Shown: piece after piece, positions 20,180 through 30,283 of the stretch
How the letters are laid out: each line of letters begins with the position of its first letter
Numbering within the stretch: the stretch's first letter is position 1
Assembly (NCBI GenBank): GCA_041494685.1
Contig: JBGQBE010000006.1
Coordinates: forward strand, 16,064 to 80,063
Direction of reading: 5' to 3'
DNA length: 64,000 nucleotides
Source: Dehalococcoidia bacterium
GTDB taxonomy: Bacteria > Chloroflexota > Dehalococcoidia > DSTF01 > JACRBR01
Made by a program: the position numbers and the translations under genes
Notes under the pieces: model-generated
What the model saw: only the letters and a program-made list of their open reading frames with translations
What the model was told of the DNA's origin: nothing
Database searches by the model: none

Positions 20180-20311
20180 GGGGCGATGGTAGCAGGCGCG
20201 GCGGCGCGGGGTTAGGGCGGTGGGTGTCGCCAGCGGCGCGTCCCCGCCTCCGACATCCGGTCTCTGGCTGCCCAATCCACGGTCCAGTGGGGAATTGTTT
20301 TGTCTACGCGC

Positions 20312-20339
20312 TTGACATCTGCACATTCGATGGTAATCT
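20312..20339 (+). promoter_or_regulatory. dcw cluster promoter (Pmra): -35 TTGACA, ~16-nt spacer, -10 TAATCT
   Basis: TTGACA at 20312..20317 and TAATCT at 20334..20339, ~65 nt upstream of mraZ; divergent from mog. Confidence 0.5.
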
Positions 20340-20375
20340 GTGGGAGTTCGTGGGAAATCTGGCTACGGATGGACC
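20340..20375 (+). promoter_or_regulatory. putative MraZ operator: direct GTGGGA repeats with 10-bp periodicity
   Basis: GTGGGAgttcGTGGGAaatcTGGctacggaTGGac, immediately downstream of the -10 and upstream of mraZ. Confidence 0.45.
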
Positions 20376-20405
20376 CGATGAGCGTCCGGCAGGACACGCG
20401 ATCCA

Positions 20406-20843
20406 GTGTATTTTCTCGGAACCTTCGACTATGCGATGGACGAGAGGGGGCGGGTGCCGCTCCCTCCACGCTATCGCGACCTGTTCCGGGAAGGGGTCGT
20501 GCTCAGCCAGGGTTCCCCGGACACCTGCGTGCGGGTCTCGACGACGAGCGCGTTCGGCGACCAGGCGCGGGAGCACACGGTGGAGTCGCCGCTGCACCGG
20601 CGCGGACGGGTCCTGCGCCGGGCGCTGTTCTCCCGGACGTGGGAGACGGAGCTGGACCGGCAAAGCCGCGTATTGATCCCGCAGCAGCTTCGGGAGTACG
20701 CGGGGCTGTCGGGCAAGGTGCTGGTTGTGGGCACGGGAGACTGGCTGGAGATCTGGGCGCCGGAGACGTACGCGACAGAGATGGCGCGCGTCGACCAGGA
20801 GTTGCCGGGCGCCCAGGAATCGATCGAGCCACGGGACGCATGA
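20406..20843 (+). CDS. mraZ: transcriptional regulator MraZ
   Basis: [27 protein letters not shown]... two MraZ/SpoVT-AbrB repeats; GTG start. Confidence 0.9.
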   Translation: MYFLGTFDYAMDERGRVPLPPRYRDLFREGVVLSQGSPDTCVRVSTTSAFGDQAREHTVESPLHRRGRVLRRALFSRTWETELDRQSRVLIPQQLREYAGLSGKVLVVGTGDWLEIWAPETYATEMARVDQELPGAQESIEPRDA

Positions 20844-21781
20844 TTATGTCGATTACCAAGCACGTCCCGGTGATGCTGCCAGAAGTGCTGGAAGCCCTGG
20901 CCGTGCGACCGGGCGGCCGTTATGTCGATTGTACGCTCGGCGGCGCCGGCCACGCGGAGGCCATCCTGGAGCGCTCGCAGCCCGGCGGCACGCTCGTCGG
21001 CATCGACGCTGACCCGGCGGCGATCGAGCGCGGCACGGAGCGGCTGGCCAGGTTCGAGGGCGCCTTCCGCCTGGTGCAGGGGAACTTCCGCCAGGTCGGC
21101 GAGATCTGCCGCCAGATGGAGTTCGCGCCGGTACACGGCGTGCTGATGGACCTGGGGCTCTCCTCGTTCCAGCTGGACGAGGGCGAAGGGTTCAGCTTCC
21201 GGCGGGAGACGCCGCTGGACATGCGCTTCGGCGGTACGACCCTGACCGCCGAGGACATCGTGAACAACTACAGCGAGGCCGAACTGGCCGACCTGATCTT
21301 CAAGTATGGAGAGGACCCGGCGAGCAGAAGGATCGCCCGCTTTATCGTCGCGGCACGTCCGGTACGGACCACCGCCCAACTAGCCAAAGCCGTCGAGCAG
21401 GCCGTGGGTAGGAGAGCCAATCTGAAAACCCACCCCGCCACCAGGACGTTCCAGGCTCTCCGCATCGCGGTCAACCAAGAGCTAGACTCTCTAGCCGCCG
21501 CGCTTCCTCAGGCCCACGGCCTGCTCGGCTTTGGAGCACGTCTCGCCGTGCTCAGTTACCACTCGCTCGAGGACCGCATCGTGAAGGAGTACATCCGCCG
21601 CGAGTCGCGGGACTGCATCTGCCCGCCCGGGCTGCCGGAGTGCCGCTGCGGACACAAGGCCACCCTGCGGCCTGTGACGCGCGGCGCCCTGACGCCCGGC
21701 CTCAACGAGATCGCCGCCAACCCGCGGGCGCGCAGCGCGAAGCTTCGCGCCGCGGAGCGTATCGCTGACCACGCAGCCTAG
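20840..21781 (+). CDS. rsmH: 16S rRNA (cytosine1402-N4)-methyltransferase RsmH (MraW)
   Basis: [20 protein letters not shown]...[15 protein letters not shown]...[18 protein letters not shown]...; ATG overlaps the mraZ stop (ATGA); track ORF from 20300 is an in-frame shadow extension. Confidence 0.9.
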   Translation: MIMSITKHVPVMLPEVLEALAVRPGGRYVDCTLGGAGHAEAILERSQPGGTLVGIDADPAAIERGTERLARFEGAFRLVQGNFRQVGEICRQMEFAPVHGVLMDLGLSSFQLDEGEGFSFRRETPLDMRFGGTTLTAEDIVNNYSEAELADLIFKYGEDPASRRIARFIVAARPVRTTAQLAKAVEQAVGRRANLKTHPATRTFQALRIAVNQELDSLAAALPQAHGLLGFGARLAVLSYHSLEDRIVKEYIRRESRDCICPPGLPECRCGHKATLRPVTRGALTPGLNEIAANPRARSAKLRAAERIADHAA

Positions 21782-21790
21782 GAGGCGCAC

Positions 21791-22243
21791 ATGGCCGCGC
21801 TTCACAGGCCCGCCCTGCCACTGCCGCGCAAGCTGGGCGTGCCCGGCCTCGGCAAGGTCCGCTCCGGCCGCCTGCTGCTCTGGGGCGCCATCGCACTGAT
21901 CGTGGTGCTGGCGCTGCTGCAGGTGAACCAGTTCAGCCGGCTGACGAGCACGGGCTACCAGATCGACGAGCTCAACACGCAGCGCGCGGCACGAGAAGCG
22001 GAGAACCACGACCTGGCGGCGCAGGTCGCGCAGTTGTCGTCGCTGGCGCGGGTGGACTGGGAGGCGCGCGTGCGGCTGCACATGGAGCCCGCGCAGCAGA
22101 CGCTGTACGTCGCGGTGAATCAGCCGGTGCCGCAGCAACAGCTCCTGCCGACGCGCTACTTGCCGCCGCAGGGGCCACCGGCGGCGGCGCCCGCCGGGCA
22201 GCGGTCGCTCTGGAAGCGGGCGCTGGACCTGCTGCCGTTCTAA
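21791..22243 (+). CDS. ftsL: cell division protein FtsL-like (single TM plus coiled coil)
   Basis: 150 aa, TM LLLWGAIALIVVLALL followed by a coiled-coil region; canonical position between rsmH and ftsI. Confidence 0.7.
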   Translation: MAALHRPALPLPRKLGVPGLGKVRSGRLLLWGAIALIVVLALLQVNQFSRLTSTGYQIDELNTQRAAREAENHDLAAQVAQLSSLARVDWEARVRLHMEPAQQTLYVAVNQPVPQQQLLPTRYLPPQGPPAAAPAGQRSLWKRALDLLPF

Positions 22244-22315
22244 CGGCGGCGTAATCGGGCGAGGGATCGTGCGCGGCCGCCGCGACGGGCGCGCACGAGG
22301 ACTGCGAGGGATCGC

Positions 22316-24049
22316 ATGTTCGGGCAACGCGGCCATATGAACGCGCGTCTGACGGTGCTTGCGCTGCTCTTCGCGCTGGCCTGCGCCGGCCTCACCGCGC
22401 GCGTGGTCTACATCCAGATCGTCAACGGCAAGCACTACCAGAACGAAGCGCACGACGAGCACTTCGGGCAGCAGGAGGTGCGCGCCGATCGCGGCGCGAT
22501 CCTGGACCGCAACGGATATCCGCTGGCGACGACGGTGGACGCGTACGACGTGTACGTGAACCGCCCGGACTGGCAGGACCTCAACGCGGCGTTCAGCGCC
22601 GCCAGCGTCATCGCGCCGATCATCGGGCAGAAGCCGGATGACCTGGTGAATGCGGTGCGGCAGGAGAAGACCGGGCTGTACCTGGCGTACGGCGGCCTGG
22701 ACTTCGACAAGGGAACCTCGCTGCACGACCTGAAGGCGCCGGGGCTGCGGCTCGTGCAGACGACCAAGCGCTTCTACCCGGAGGGCGACCTGGCGTCGAC
22801 GCTGCTGGGGTTCGTCGGGCGCGACCACGTGGGGCTGACGGGCGTGGAGGCGGACTTCGACCACGAACTCGGCGGCGTGCCGGGCACGATCTACTTCGAG
22901 CACGACAGCATCGGCAACCAGATCGCCCTGGGCAGCGAGCGCGTCGGGCAGAAGCCGCAGCCGGGCGGCAACATCCGGCTGACGATCGACCGCTACATCC
23001 AGCATCTGGTCGAGGGCGAGCTGGACACGCAGATCCACAAGACCGGCGCGCTGGGCGGCACGATCATCGTGATGGACCCCCACACCGGCGCGGTGATGGC
23101 GATGGCGAGCGAGCCGGGATTCCGGCTGTCGCAACTGGACCTGAACCACGCGAACCAGGCGCTCTTCCGCAACCGCGCGGTGACGGACCTCTACGAGCCG
23201 GGGTCGGTGTTCAAGACGCTGACCGCGGCGATGGCGGTCAATGAGGGGCTCGTGACGCCTGAGTCGACGTACAACGACACGGGCGTGGCGCGAATCGGCG
23301 ACAGCACGATCCATAACTGGGACTTCAGCGTAAACGGCATCACGACGGTGACGCAGGTGTTGCAGCACAGCCTCAACACGGGCGCCGTCTGGATGAGCGG
23401 GCTGATCGGGCCGGACAAGTTCTACGAGTACATGAAGGCGTTCGGGCTCGGCTCGAAGACGGGCGTCGGGCTGGGGGGCGATCCGGAAGGACTGGTGCGG
23501 ACGAACGCCGACAGGGCGTGGTCGCCGGTGGACCTGGCGACGAACAGCTTCGGACAGGGGATCGCCGCCACGCCGCTGCAGGTGATCACGGCGATCGCGT
23601 CGCTGGCGAACGGCGGGAAGCTGATGCGGCCGTATATCGTGCAGCAGATAGACACGCCGGAGGGGACGCGCTCGTTCAGCCCGGTGGTAGTGCGGCAGGT
23701 GGTGACGGAGCAAACAGCGAACACGGTGGCCGACATGATGAACCAGGTCGTCGAGGGCATCCCCGGAAACCTGGCGGCGATCAAGGGCTACCATGTCGCC
23801 GGCAAGACCGGCACGACGACCGGGGCGACGCTGGCTGACGGCACGGTGCACGACGGGAACGTAGCTTCGTTCATTGGCTTTGGGCCGACGGTCAACCCGA
23901 AGATGATCATGCTCGTGAAGCTGGACTTCAAGGAAGACAAGCTGGGCGGCATGGTATCGGCCCCGGTCTTCCACGACCTCGCGCCCAGCATCCTCGCGTA
24001 CCTGGGCGTGCGGCCGGATGGCCCGCAGCTCGTACGAACGGGCCGCTAG
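22316..24049 (+). CDS. ftsI: peptidoglycan D,D-transpeptidase FtsI (class B PBP)
   Basis: TM MNARLTVLALLFALACAGL; SVFK, HSLN, KTGT motifs. Confidence 0.9.
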   Translation: MFGQRGHMNARLTVLALLFALACAGLTARVVYIQIVNGKHYQNEAHDEHFGQQEVRADRGAILDRNGYPLATTVDAYDVYVNRPDWQDLNAAFSAASVIAPIIGQKPDDLVNAVRQEKTGLYLAYGGLDFDKGTSLHDLKAPGLRLVQTTKRFYPEGDLASTLLGFVGRDHVGLTGVEADFDHELGGVPGTIYFEHDSIGNQIALGSERVGQKPQPGGNIRLTIDRYIQHLVEGELDTQIHKTGALGGTIIVMDPHTGAVMAMASEPGFRLSQLDLNHANQALFRNRAVTDLYEPGSVFKTLTAAMAVNEGLVTPESTYNDTGVARIGDSTIHNWDFSVNGITTVTQVLQHSLNTGAVWMSGLIGPDKFYEYMKAFGLGSKTGVGLGGDPEGLVRTNADRAWSPVDLATNSFGQGIAATPLQVITAIASLANGGKLMRPYIVQQIDTPEGTRSFSPVVVRQVVTEQTANTVADMMNQVVEGIPGNLAAIKGYHVAGKTGTTTGATLADGTVHDGNVASFIGFGPTVNPKMIMLVKLDFKEDKLGGMVSAPVFHDLAPSILAYLGVRPDGPQLVRTGR

Positions 24050-24146
24050 GCATCGCCCGCCAGAGCGCCGGATCGCACACCGGCCGCGCGCGGAGCAATC
24101 GGGTAACGGGACAGCGCAGCATGCCCGAGGCAGGCGGGCGCCGCTG

Positions 24147-25508
24147 ATGATTACTGCGAAGGAACTGGCTACGACGCTGCGTCCGGCGCTGATCCGCGCG
24201 CCCGCGGTGGGGCCGCTGCGGTTTCGCCACGCCGTCGTGGACTCGCGCAAGGCGCACCGGGGCGACCTCTTCATCGCGCTGAAGGGCGAGCACGTCGACG
24301 GACACGACTACGTCGCGGACGCGACGGCGCGCGGCGCGGCCGGTGCCATCGTCGCACGGCTGCTGGACGTGGACATCGCGCAGTACGTGGTGGCAAGCCC
24401 GCTGGCGGCGCTGCAGGACCTGGCGCGCATGCGGCGGCTCTCGCGGCCGCGGCTGAAGGTCGTGGGCGTCACGGGCAGCGTCGGCAAGACGACGACGAAG
24501 GAGCTGGTGGCGGCGGTGCTGGCGACGCGCTACCCGGTGCTGAAGAGCGAAGGCAACATGAACAGCGAGATCGGCATGCCGCTGGTGCTGCTGGAGCTGA
24601 CGCAGCGGCATCGGCGCGCCGTGCTGGAGATGGGCATGTGGGCGCCCGGCGAGATCGAGTTCCTCGTCGAGATGGCGCAACCGGAGATCGGCGTGGTCAC
24701 GAACGTCGGGCCGTCGCACATGGAGCGCATGGGTACGCTGGACGCGATTGAGAAGGAGAAGGGCGACCTGGTGGCGCTGCTGCCGGAGGACGGCGTCGCG
24801 GTGCTGAACGCGGACGACCCGCGCGTGAAACGGATGGCGGAGCGCACGCAGGCGCACGTGCTCACCTACGGGCTTGGCGACGACGCGGACGTGCGCGCGG
24901 AGGACGTCGAGGGGCACGGGCTCTCCGGCGTGAGCTTCACGCTGGCGCACGGCGGCGACCGCGCGAAGGTGTACTCGCGGCTGCCGGGCCGGGCAATGGT
25001 GTCGAACGCGCTGGCCGCGGCGGCGGTCGGCCTGGTGGACGGGCTGTCGGTCGAGGAAGTGGCGAACGCGCTGACGGAAGCGCAGATCCCTTCGCGGCTG
25101 CACCAGTGCGCGGGCGTGAACGGTTCGATCCTCCTGGACGACAGCTACAACGCCAGCCCCGCTTCGATGATCGCGGCACTGGAACTGCTGGGCGAGGTGC
25201 CCGGACGCAAGATCGCGGTGCTGGGCGATATGCGCGAGTTGGGCGCGGCGGAGGCCGAGGGGCACCGGGAGGTCGGGCGGCGCGCGGCGGAGCTGGCGGA
25301 CGTCATCTACGCGGTGGGCGACCTGGGGCGCTGGATCGGCGACGCCGCCATCCATGCGGGCCACGGCGACGTGCACATCGTGCTGGACAAGGCGGAGATC
25401 GCGCCGTCGCTGGCGCCGCAGCTGGGGCCGGGCGACGTAGTGCTGCTCAAGGCCTCTCGGGCGCTGGAGTTGGAGACGGTGCGCGACGAGTTGAAGGAGC
25501 AGGCATGA
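24147..25508 (+). CDS. murF: UDP-N-acetylmuramoyl-tripeptide--D-alanyl-D-alanine ligase MurF
   Basis: MITAKELATTL...GVTGSVGKTTTKE...DDSYNASPASM; track ORF from 24018 carries a low-complexity extension. Confidence 0.85.
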   Translation: MITAKELATTLRPALIRAPAVGPLRFRHAVVDSRKAHRGDLFIALKGEHVDGHDYVADATARGAAGAIVARLLDVDIAQYVVASPLAALQDLARMRRLSRPRLKVVGVTGSVGKTTTKELVAAVLATRYPVLKSEGNMNSEIGMPLVLLELTQRHRRAVLEMGMWAPGEIEFLVEMAQPEIGVVTNVGPSHMERMGTLDAIEKEKGDLVALLPEDGVAVLNADDPRVKRMAERTQAHVLTYGLGDDADVRAEDVEGHGLSGVSFTLAHGGDRAKVYSRLPGRAMVSNALAAAAVGLVDGLSVEEVANALTEAQIPSRLHQCAGVNGSILLDDSYNASPASMIAALELLGEVPGRKIAVLGDMRELGAAEAEGHREVGRRAAELADVIYAVGDLGRWIGDAAIHAGHGDVHIVLDKAEIAPSLAPQLGPGDVVLLKASRALELETVRDELKEQA

Positions 25509-26473
25509 GCTACGCGCTGATCACGGGCGTCATCGCGGCGATCGTGGCGGTAGCGGCGGGCTATCCGTTCGTGGCGTTCCTGCGCGGCCGGAAGATCGGC
25601 AAGGCGATCAGCAGCGACGGGCCGGAGTCGCACATGCTGAAGCAGGGCACGCCCACGATGGGCGGACTGCTGATCGTCGGCGTGACGGTCGCCGCCGGGC
25701 TGGTCTTCGCGGTGCCGAAGGACCGCAACGTGCTGCTGCCCGTGATCGTGGCGCTGATCATGGGGGCGATCGGCTGGTACGACGACCTCGGGACGCTCGT
25801 GGACCGGGCGCAGCGTGAGGCGCACGACCGCACGGGGATGATCCTGAAGCTCGTGGGCTTCGCCGGGGTCGGCGTGATCTCCGGCTGGATCCTCTACGAC
25901 CGCATCGGCGCGCCGACGTTGCTCGTGCCGCACTCCGGAAGCTACGACATCGGCCCCGTATACGTGGTGATCGTGGTCCTGGTGATGATGTCGATGAACA
26001 GCGCGTTCGGCGTCACGGACGGGCTGGACATGCTGGAGGGCAGCATGTCGGCGGTGGCGTTCACCGCGTTCGGCGCGATCGCGCTGATGCAGGGGCAGAC
26101 GGGCGTGGCCGCGTTCTGCTTCGTCACGGTTGGGGCGCTCTGCGGCTTCCTGTGGTTCAACGCTTACCCGGCGCGCATCTTCATGGGCGAGTCCGGCGCG
26201 CTGCCGCTCGGCGCAACGCTGACGATTGTGGCGTTCATGACCGGGTGGTGGCTGCTGCTGCCGGTGATCGGCGTGATGTTCGTGGTGGAGATCCTGTCAT
26301 CGGTGATCCAGATAGGTTCGTACCGGCTGCGAGGCGGCAAACGGGTGTTCCGCATGGCGCCGATCCACCACCACTTCGAGAAGCTGGGGATGCCGGAAAC
26401 GCAGGTGACGGTGCGGTTCCTGCTGGTCACGGTGGCCGGCGCGCTGGCTGGCGTAGCGCTGGCCGGGTGGTGA
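25505..26473 (+). CDS. mraY: phospho-N-acetylmuramoyl-pentapeptide transferase MraY
   Basis: MSYALITGVIAAIVAVAAGYPFVAFLR...KQGTPTMGG...; ATG overlaps the murF stop (ATGA); track ORF from 25106 is a shadow extension. Confidence 0.9.
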   Translation: MSYALITGVIAAIVAVAAGYPFVAFLRGRKIGKAISSDGPESHMLKQGTPTMGGLLIVGVTVAAGLVFAVPKDRNVLLPVIVALIMGAIGWYDDLGTLVDRAQREAHDRTGMILKLVGFAGVGVISGWILYDRIGAPTLLVPHSGSYDIGPVYVVIVVLVMMSMNSAFGVTDGLDMLEGSMSAVAFTAFGAIALMQGQTGVAAFCFVTVGALCGFLWFNAYPARIFMGESGALPLGATLTIVAFMTGWWLLLPVIGVMFVVEILSSVIQIGSYRLRGGKRVFRMAPIHHHFEKLGMPETQVTVRFLLVTVAGALAGVALAGW

Positions 26474-26517
26474 TTTTGGGGTTGCGACTATCTTGACAAC
26501 AGAATTGATAACGTGAT

Positions 26518-27918
26518 ATGACAGGTGAACGAGACTTCCTGGTGGGGAAACGGGTGACCGTTATCGGTCTCGGCATTGAAGGCGTGGACATGGCGCGCTA
26601 CGCGGCAACGCACGGCGCGCGCGTCACCGTCTCCGATACGAAATCTCCCGCAGCCCTCACCGCTCGTCTGCAGCAGCTAGAGGGCCTTCCCATCGAATAC
26701 GCGCTCGGCAGCCACGACATCGAAGCCATCGCGACGAGCGACGTGGTCTTCGTCTCCCAGAGCGTGCCCCTGGATCAGCCCGCCATGGTCGAGGCGCGGC
26801 GGCGGGGCGTGCCGATCGAGTCGATGCTCCATTACTTCGTGTCGCGTTGCCCGGGACCGATGCTCGGCATCACCGGCAGCAGCGGCAAGACCACGACCAC
26901 CAGCCTCGTCGCGGCGATCATGGCCGCGGACGGCCGCCCCTACCGCGTCGGCGGGAACATCGGCGCCGGGCTGCTAGGGCTGCTCGACGGCATCGACGAG
27001 CGGACGTGGACGGTGCTGGAGATCAGCCACAACCAGCTTCAGCTGGCGGACCGCAGCCCGCACATCGCGGCGGTGTTGAACGTGACGCCGAACCACCTGG
27101 ACCAGTTCACGTGGGAGCAGTACATCGCGCTGAAGCAGAACCTGGTGCGGTACCAGACGGCTGATGATTATGTCGTGCTGAATCTCGACAAAGACATCTC
27201 CGCCGCGATGGCCGCGCTGACGCCCGCGCAGCCGTACTTCTTCACGCTCGGCGCCTCGGTGCCAGGCAACGGCGCCTTTGTGCGCGACGGAGCGATCTTC
27301 CTGCGCCGTGAGAGTGTCGAGGAGATGGTGCTGCCCGTGGACGACGTCCCGCTGCGCGGCATGCACAACGTCGAGAACGTGCTGGCGGCGACGGCGCTCG
27401 GCGCGCTCGCCGGCGTGAAGCTGGACGACATCGCGCGGGCGGTCCGCGGCTTCCAGGCGGTGCCACACCGGCTGGAAGAGGTCGCGATCATCGACGGCGT
27501 CTGTTACGTCAACGACAGCATCGCCTCGACGCCGGAGCGGACGCTGGCGGGGATGCGCTCGTTCGACGAGCGGCTGGTGCTGCTGCTGGGCGGCAAGGAC
27601 AAGGACCTCCCGAAGGACGAGCTGGCGCAGGAAGCGCTGCGGCGTTGCGACGGCATCGTCTTCTTCGGCAAGGACGGGCCGCTGCTGGAAGCGGCGATCG
27701 AGGCGAACGTGGCGACCGTGGCGTACGAGGAGCGGCCGCCGACGGTGCGCGTGGCAACGCTGGCCGAGGCCGTCGCGACGGCCCGCGACATGGCGTCGCC
27801 AGGCGATGTCGTGCTGCTCTCGCCGGCGTGCACGAGCTTCGACGCCTACAACAACTTCGAGGAGCGCGGCGAAGAGTTCCGCCGCCTGGTGCGCGCGATG
27901 CGGACGGAGGGGCGCTGA
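26518..27918 (+). CDS. murD: UDP-N-acetylmuramoylalanine--D-glutamate ligase MurD
   Basis: ...VTVIGLGIEGVDMARY...GITGSSGKTTTTSLVAAIM...NHLD... Confidence 0.9.
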   Translation: MTGERDFLVGKRVTVIGLGIEGVDMARYAATHGARVTVSDTKSPAALTARLQQLEGLPIEYALGSHDIEAIATSDVVFVSQSVPLDQPAMVEARRRGVPIESMLHYFVSRCPGPMLGITGSSGKTTTTSLVAAIMAADGRPYRVGGNIGAGLLGLLDGIDERTWTVLEISHNQLQLADRSPHIAAVLNVTPNHLDQFTWEQYIALKQNLVRYQTADDYVVLNLDKDISAAMAALTPAQPYFFTLGASVPGNGAFVRDGAIFLRRESVEEMVLPVDDVPLRGMHNVENVLAATALGALAGVKLDDIARAVRGFQAVPHRLEEVAIIDGVCYVNDSIASTPERTLAGMRSFDERLVLLLGGKDKDLPKDELAQEALRRCDGIVFFGKDGPLLEAAIEANVATVAYEERPPTVRVATLAEAVATARDMASPGDVVLLSPACTSFDAYNNFEERGEEFRRLVRAMRTEGR

Positions 27919-29189
27919 TGGCAGTCACCGCGCACCCGTCTCGCCTGCGCACCGGCAGCCCCGACTACATGATCCTGGCGGTCGTCGGCGCGCTCGTCGT
28001 GCTGGGCGTGCTGGCCGTGTACAGCTCCAGCTTCGCGCTGGGCCTGGTGGAGTTCGGCGACGCCAACTACTACGTGCTGCGGCAGGTGTTCTTCGCGATG
28101 GCGGGCGCGGCGGTGATGTACGCGCTCATGAAGAGCGACTACCGCAAGCTGCGGGTGATCAGCCCGCTGCTGATGCTGGCGGCGATCTTCGGGCTGGTGG
28201 CGGTGCTGGTGCCGGGCATCGGCTTGGACCGCAACGGCGCGCAGCGCTGGATCGCCGTCGGCGGGCCGGTGCCGCCGATCCAGCCGAGCGAATTCGCGAA
28301 GCTGGCGCTGATCGTCTACGTCTCGGCGTGGCTGGCGGGGCGCGGCGACAATGTGAAGGTGTTCTGGCTGGGCTTTTTCCCGTGCGTCCTGCTGGTCGGC
28401 TTCGTCGCGGGGCTGGTGATGCTGGAGCCCGACATGGGCACGTCGATCGTGCTGGTGCTGACGGCGATGACGCTGGTGTTCGTCGCGGGCGCGTCGCTGC
28501 GGCACGTGGCGGCGTTCGCGTGCATCGCCGGCCTCGTGGCGACGATGCTGATCTTCGCCGGGGAGTACCGCACGGACCGCGTGTTCGCCTTCACGAGCGC
28601 CGAGACCGACCCGGCCGGGCGCGGCTACCAGACGCTGCAACTGCTGATCGCGCTGGGCAGCGGCCGCATCCACGGGCTCGGGCTCGGCGCCAGCCGGCAG
28701 AAGTTCTTCTACGTGCCGGGCGCGCACACGGACGGCATCTTCGCCATCATCGGCGAGGAGCTGGGGTTCATCGGCGCGGCGATCGTCATCGTGCTGTTCG
28801 CTGTGCTGGTGATCCGCGGCTTCCGGGTAATCCTGCGGGCGCGCGACGACTTCGGCTCGCTGCTGGCGGTGGGCGTGATCTCGTGGATCTCCTACCAGGC
28901 GATCATCAACGTCGGCGGCATCACGCGCACCGTGCCGCTGACGGGCATCCCGTTGCCGTTCCTGAGCTACGGCGGCTCGGCGCTGCTCTCGATGCTGGCG
29001 GGCATCGGCATCCTGCTGAGCGTGTCGCGCTACGGCGTGGATGCAAAGTCGATCGGCAAGAAGCCAAAGCCGGTCGACGACTCCGACAAGATCGTGCATC
29101 CGGCGCGGAAGACGACGAACAGGACGCGCCGCGTGGACGCGCGCGCGATGCTGCGCGACGCCTGGCCGGCGCGGAAGGGAGCGCGGTGA
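27918..29189 (+). CDS. ftsW: cell division protein FtsW (SEDS family)
   Basis: MAVTAHPSRLRTGSPDYMILAVVGALVVLGVLAVYSSS...QPSEFAKLALIVY...LTGIPLPFLSYGGSALL; start overlaps the murD stop (TGATG). Confidence 0.9.
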   Translation: MAVTAHPSRLRTGSPDYMILAVVGALVVLGVLAVYSSSFALGLVEFGDANYYVLRQVFFAMAGAAVMYALMKSDYRKLRVISPLLMLAAIFGLVAVLVPGIGLDRNGAQRWIAVGGPVPPIQPSEFAKLALIVYVSAWLAGRGDNVKVFWLGFFPCVLLVGFVAGLVMLEPDMGTSIVLVLTAMTLVFVAGASLRHVAAFACIAGLVATMLIFAGEYRTDRVFAFTSAETDPAGRGYQTLQLLIALGSGRIHGLGLGASRQKFFYVPGAHTDGIFAIIGEELGFIGAAIVIVLFAVLVIRGFRVILRARDDFGSLLAVGVISWISYQAIINVGGITRTVPLTGIPLPFLSYGGSALLSMLAGIGILLSVSRYGVDAKSIGKKPKPVDDSDKIVHPARKTTNRTRRVDARAMLRDAWPARKGAR

Positions 29190-30283
29190 GGGTGATCTTT
29201 GCGGGCGGCGGCACCGGCGGCCACGTGTACCCCAGCCTCTCCGTCGCCCGCGCGCTGGACGCGGCGGCGCGGGAACGCGGCGACACGCTGGAGGCGCTGT
29301 ACATCGGCATCCGCGGCCGCGTGGACGAAACGATCGTGCCGGCGCAGGGGATGACGTTCCGCGCCGTGTCGGCGGGTCCCATGCGCGTGGGATCGCCGCT
29401 GGAGCTGGCAAACAACCTGCTTCGGCTGGCGCGCGGCGTCGTGCAGTCGGCGGGGATCATCCGCAGCTTCCGGCCGCAGGTGGTGTTCGCGACGGGCGGC
29501 TACGCCAGCGTACCGGTCGGCGTGGCGGCGCGGCTGCTGCGAGTGCCGCTGGTGGTGTACCTGCCGGACGTGACGCCGGGCTGGGCGGTGCGCCTGCTCT
29601 CGCGTCTGGCGACGAAGATGACGACCACGTCCGAGCGCGCGCTGGAGTACCTGCCGAAGCAGAAGACGGCGATCGTCGGGTACCCGGTGCGCGACGAGTT
29701 CTGGAGCGTCAGCCGCGAATCGGCGCGCGCGCGGCTGGGCCTGCCGGCCAAGGGCAAGGTGCTGCTGATCACGGCGGGCAGCCTGGGCGCGCAGCGGATC
29801 AACCGCGCGATCGCGCCGGCGCTGCCGCGGCTGCTGGAGCGCTGCGACGTGCTGCACGTCACCGGCGCGGCTGACGAGGCGTGGGCGAACGAGCAGCGCG
29901 CGGCGCTGACGCCCGCGCAGCAGGCGCGCTACCACGTGCGCGGCTACATGGACGAGATGCCGGCGGCGATGGCGGCGGCGGACCTGGCGGTGAGCCGCGC
30001 CGGTGCCTCGACGCTGGGCGAGCTACCCGCGGCGGGGCTGCCGGCCGTGCTGGTGCCGGGCGAATACGAGGGCTGGTCGCAGGCGCCGAACGCGGAGTAC
30101 CTGCAGTCGCTGGGCGCCGGCGTGATGCTGCGCAACAGCGAGCTGGCGCATCTGCCCGAGCGCGTGTTGACGCTGCTGTCGGACGACGCGCGGCTCGCAA
30201 GCATGCGGGCGGCGATGCGCACGCTGGCGCGGCCGGACGCCGCGCGGGAGCTGGCGCGCATCGTGCGGGAGGTGGCGGCGTGA
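29186..30283 (+). CDS. murG: UDP-GlcNAc--lipid I N-acetylglucosaminyltransferase MurG
   Basis: (M)RVIFAGGGTGGHVYPSLSVARAL...; GTG start overlapping the ftsW stop (GTGA); lies in the track's 27806..30283 composite ORF. Confidence 0.85.
   Translation: MRVIFAGGGTGGHVYPSLSVARALDAAARERGDTLEALYIGIRGRVDETIVPAQGMTFRAVSAGPMRVGSPLELANNLLRLARGVVQSAGIIRSFRPQVVFATGGYASVPVGVAARLLRVPLVVYLPDVTPGWAVRLLSRLATKMTTTSERALEYLPKQKTAIVGYPVRDEFWSVSRESARARLGLPAKGKVLLITAGSLGAQRINRAIAPALPRLLERCDVLHVTGAADEAWANEQRAALTPAQQARYHVRGYMDEMPAAMAAADLAVSRAGASTLGELPAAGLPAVLVPGEYEGWSQAPNAEYLQSLGAGVMLRNSELAHLPERVLTLLSDDARLASMRAAMRTLARPDAARELARIVREVAA

Noticed and set aside
21491-24274. 927-aa minus-strand ORF
   Set aside because: Antisense to rsmH/ftsL/ftsI, which have clear homology; R/P-rich nonsense.
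27846-29411. 521-aa minus-strand ORF and other long minus ORFs across 25000..33900
   Set aside because: All antisense to the dcw cluster (ftsW/murG etc.); His/Arg/Asp-rich low-complexity.
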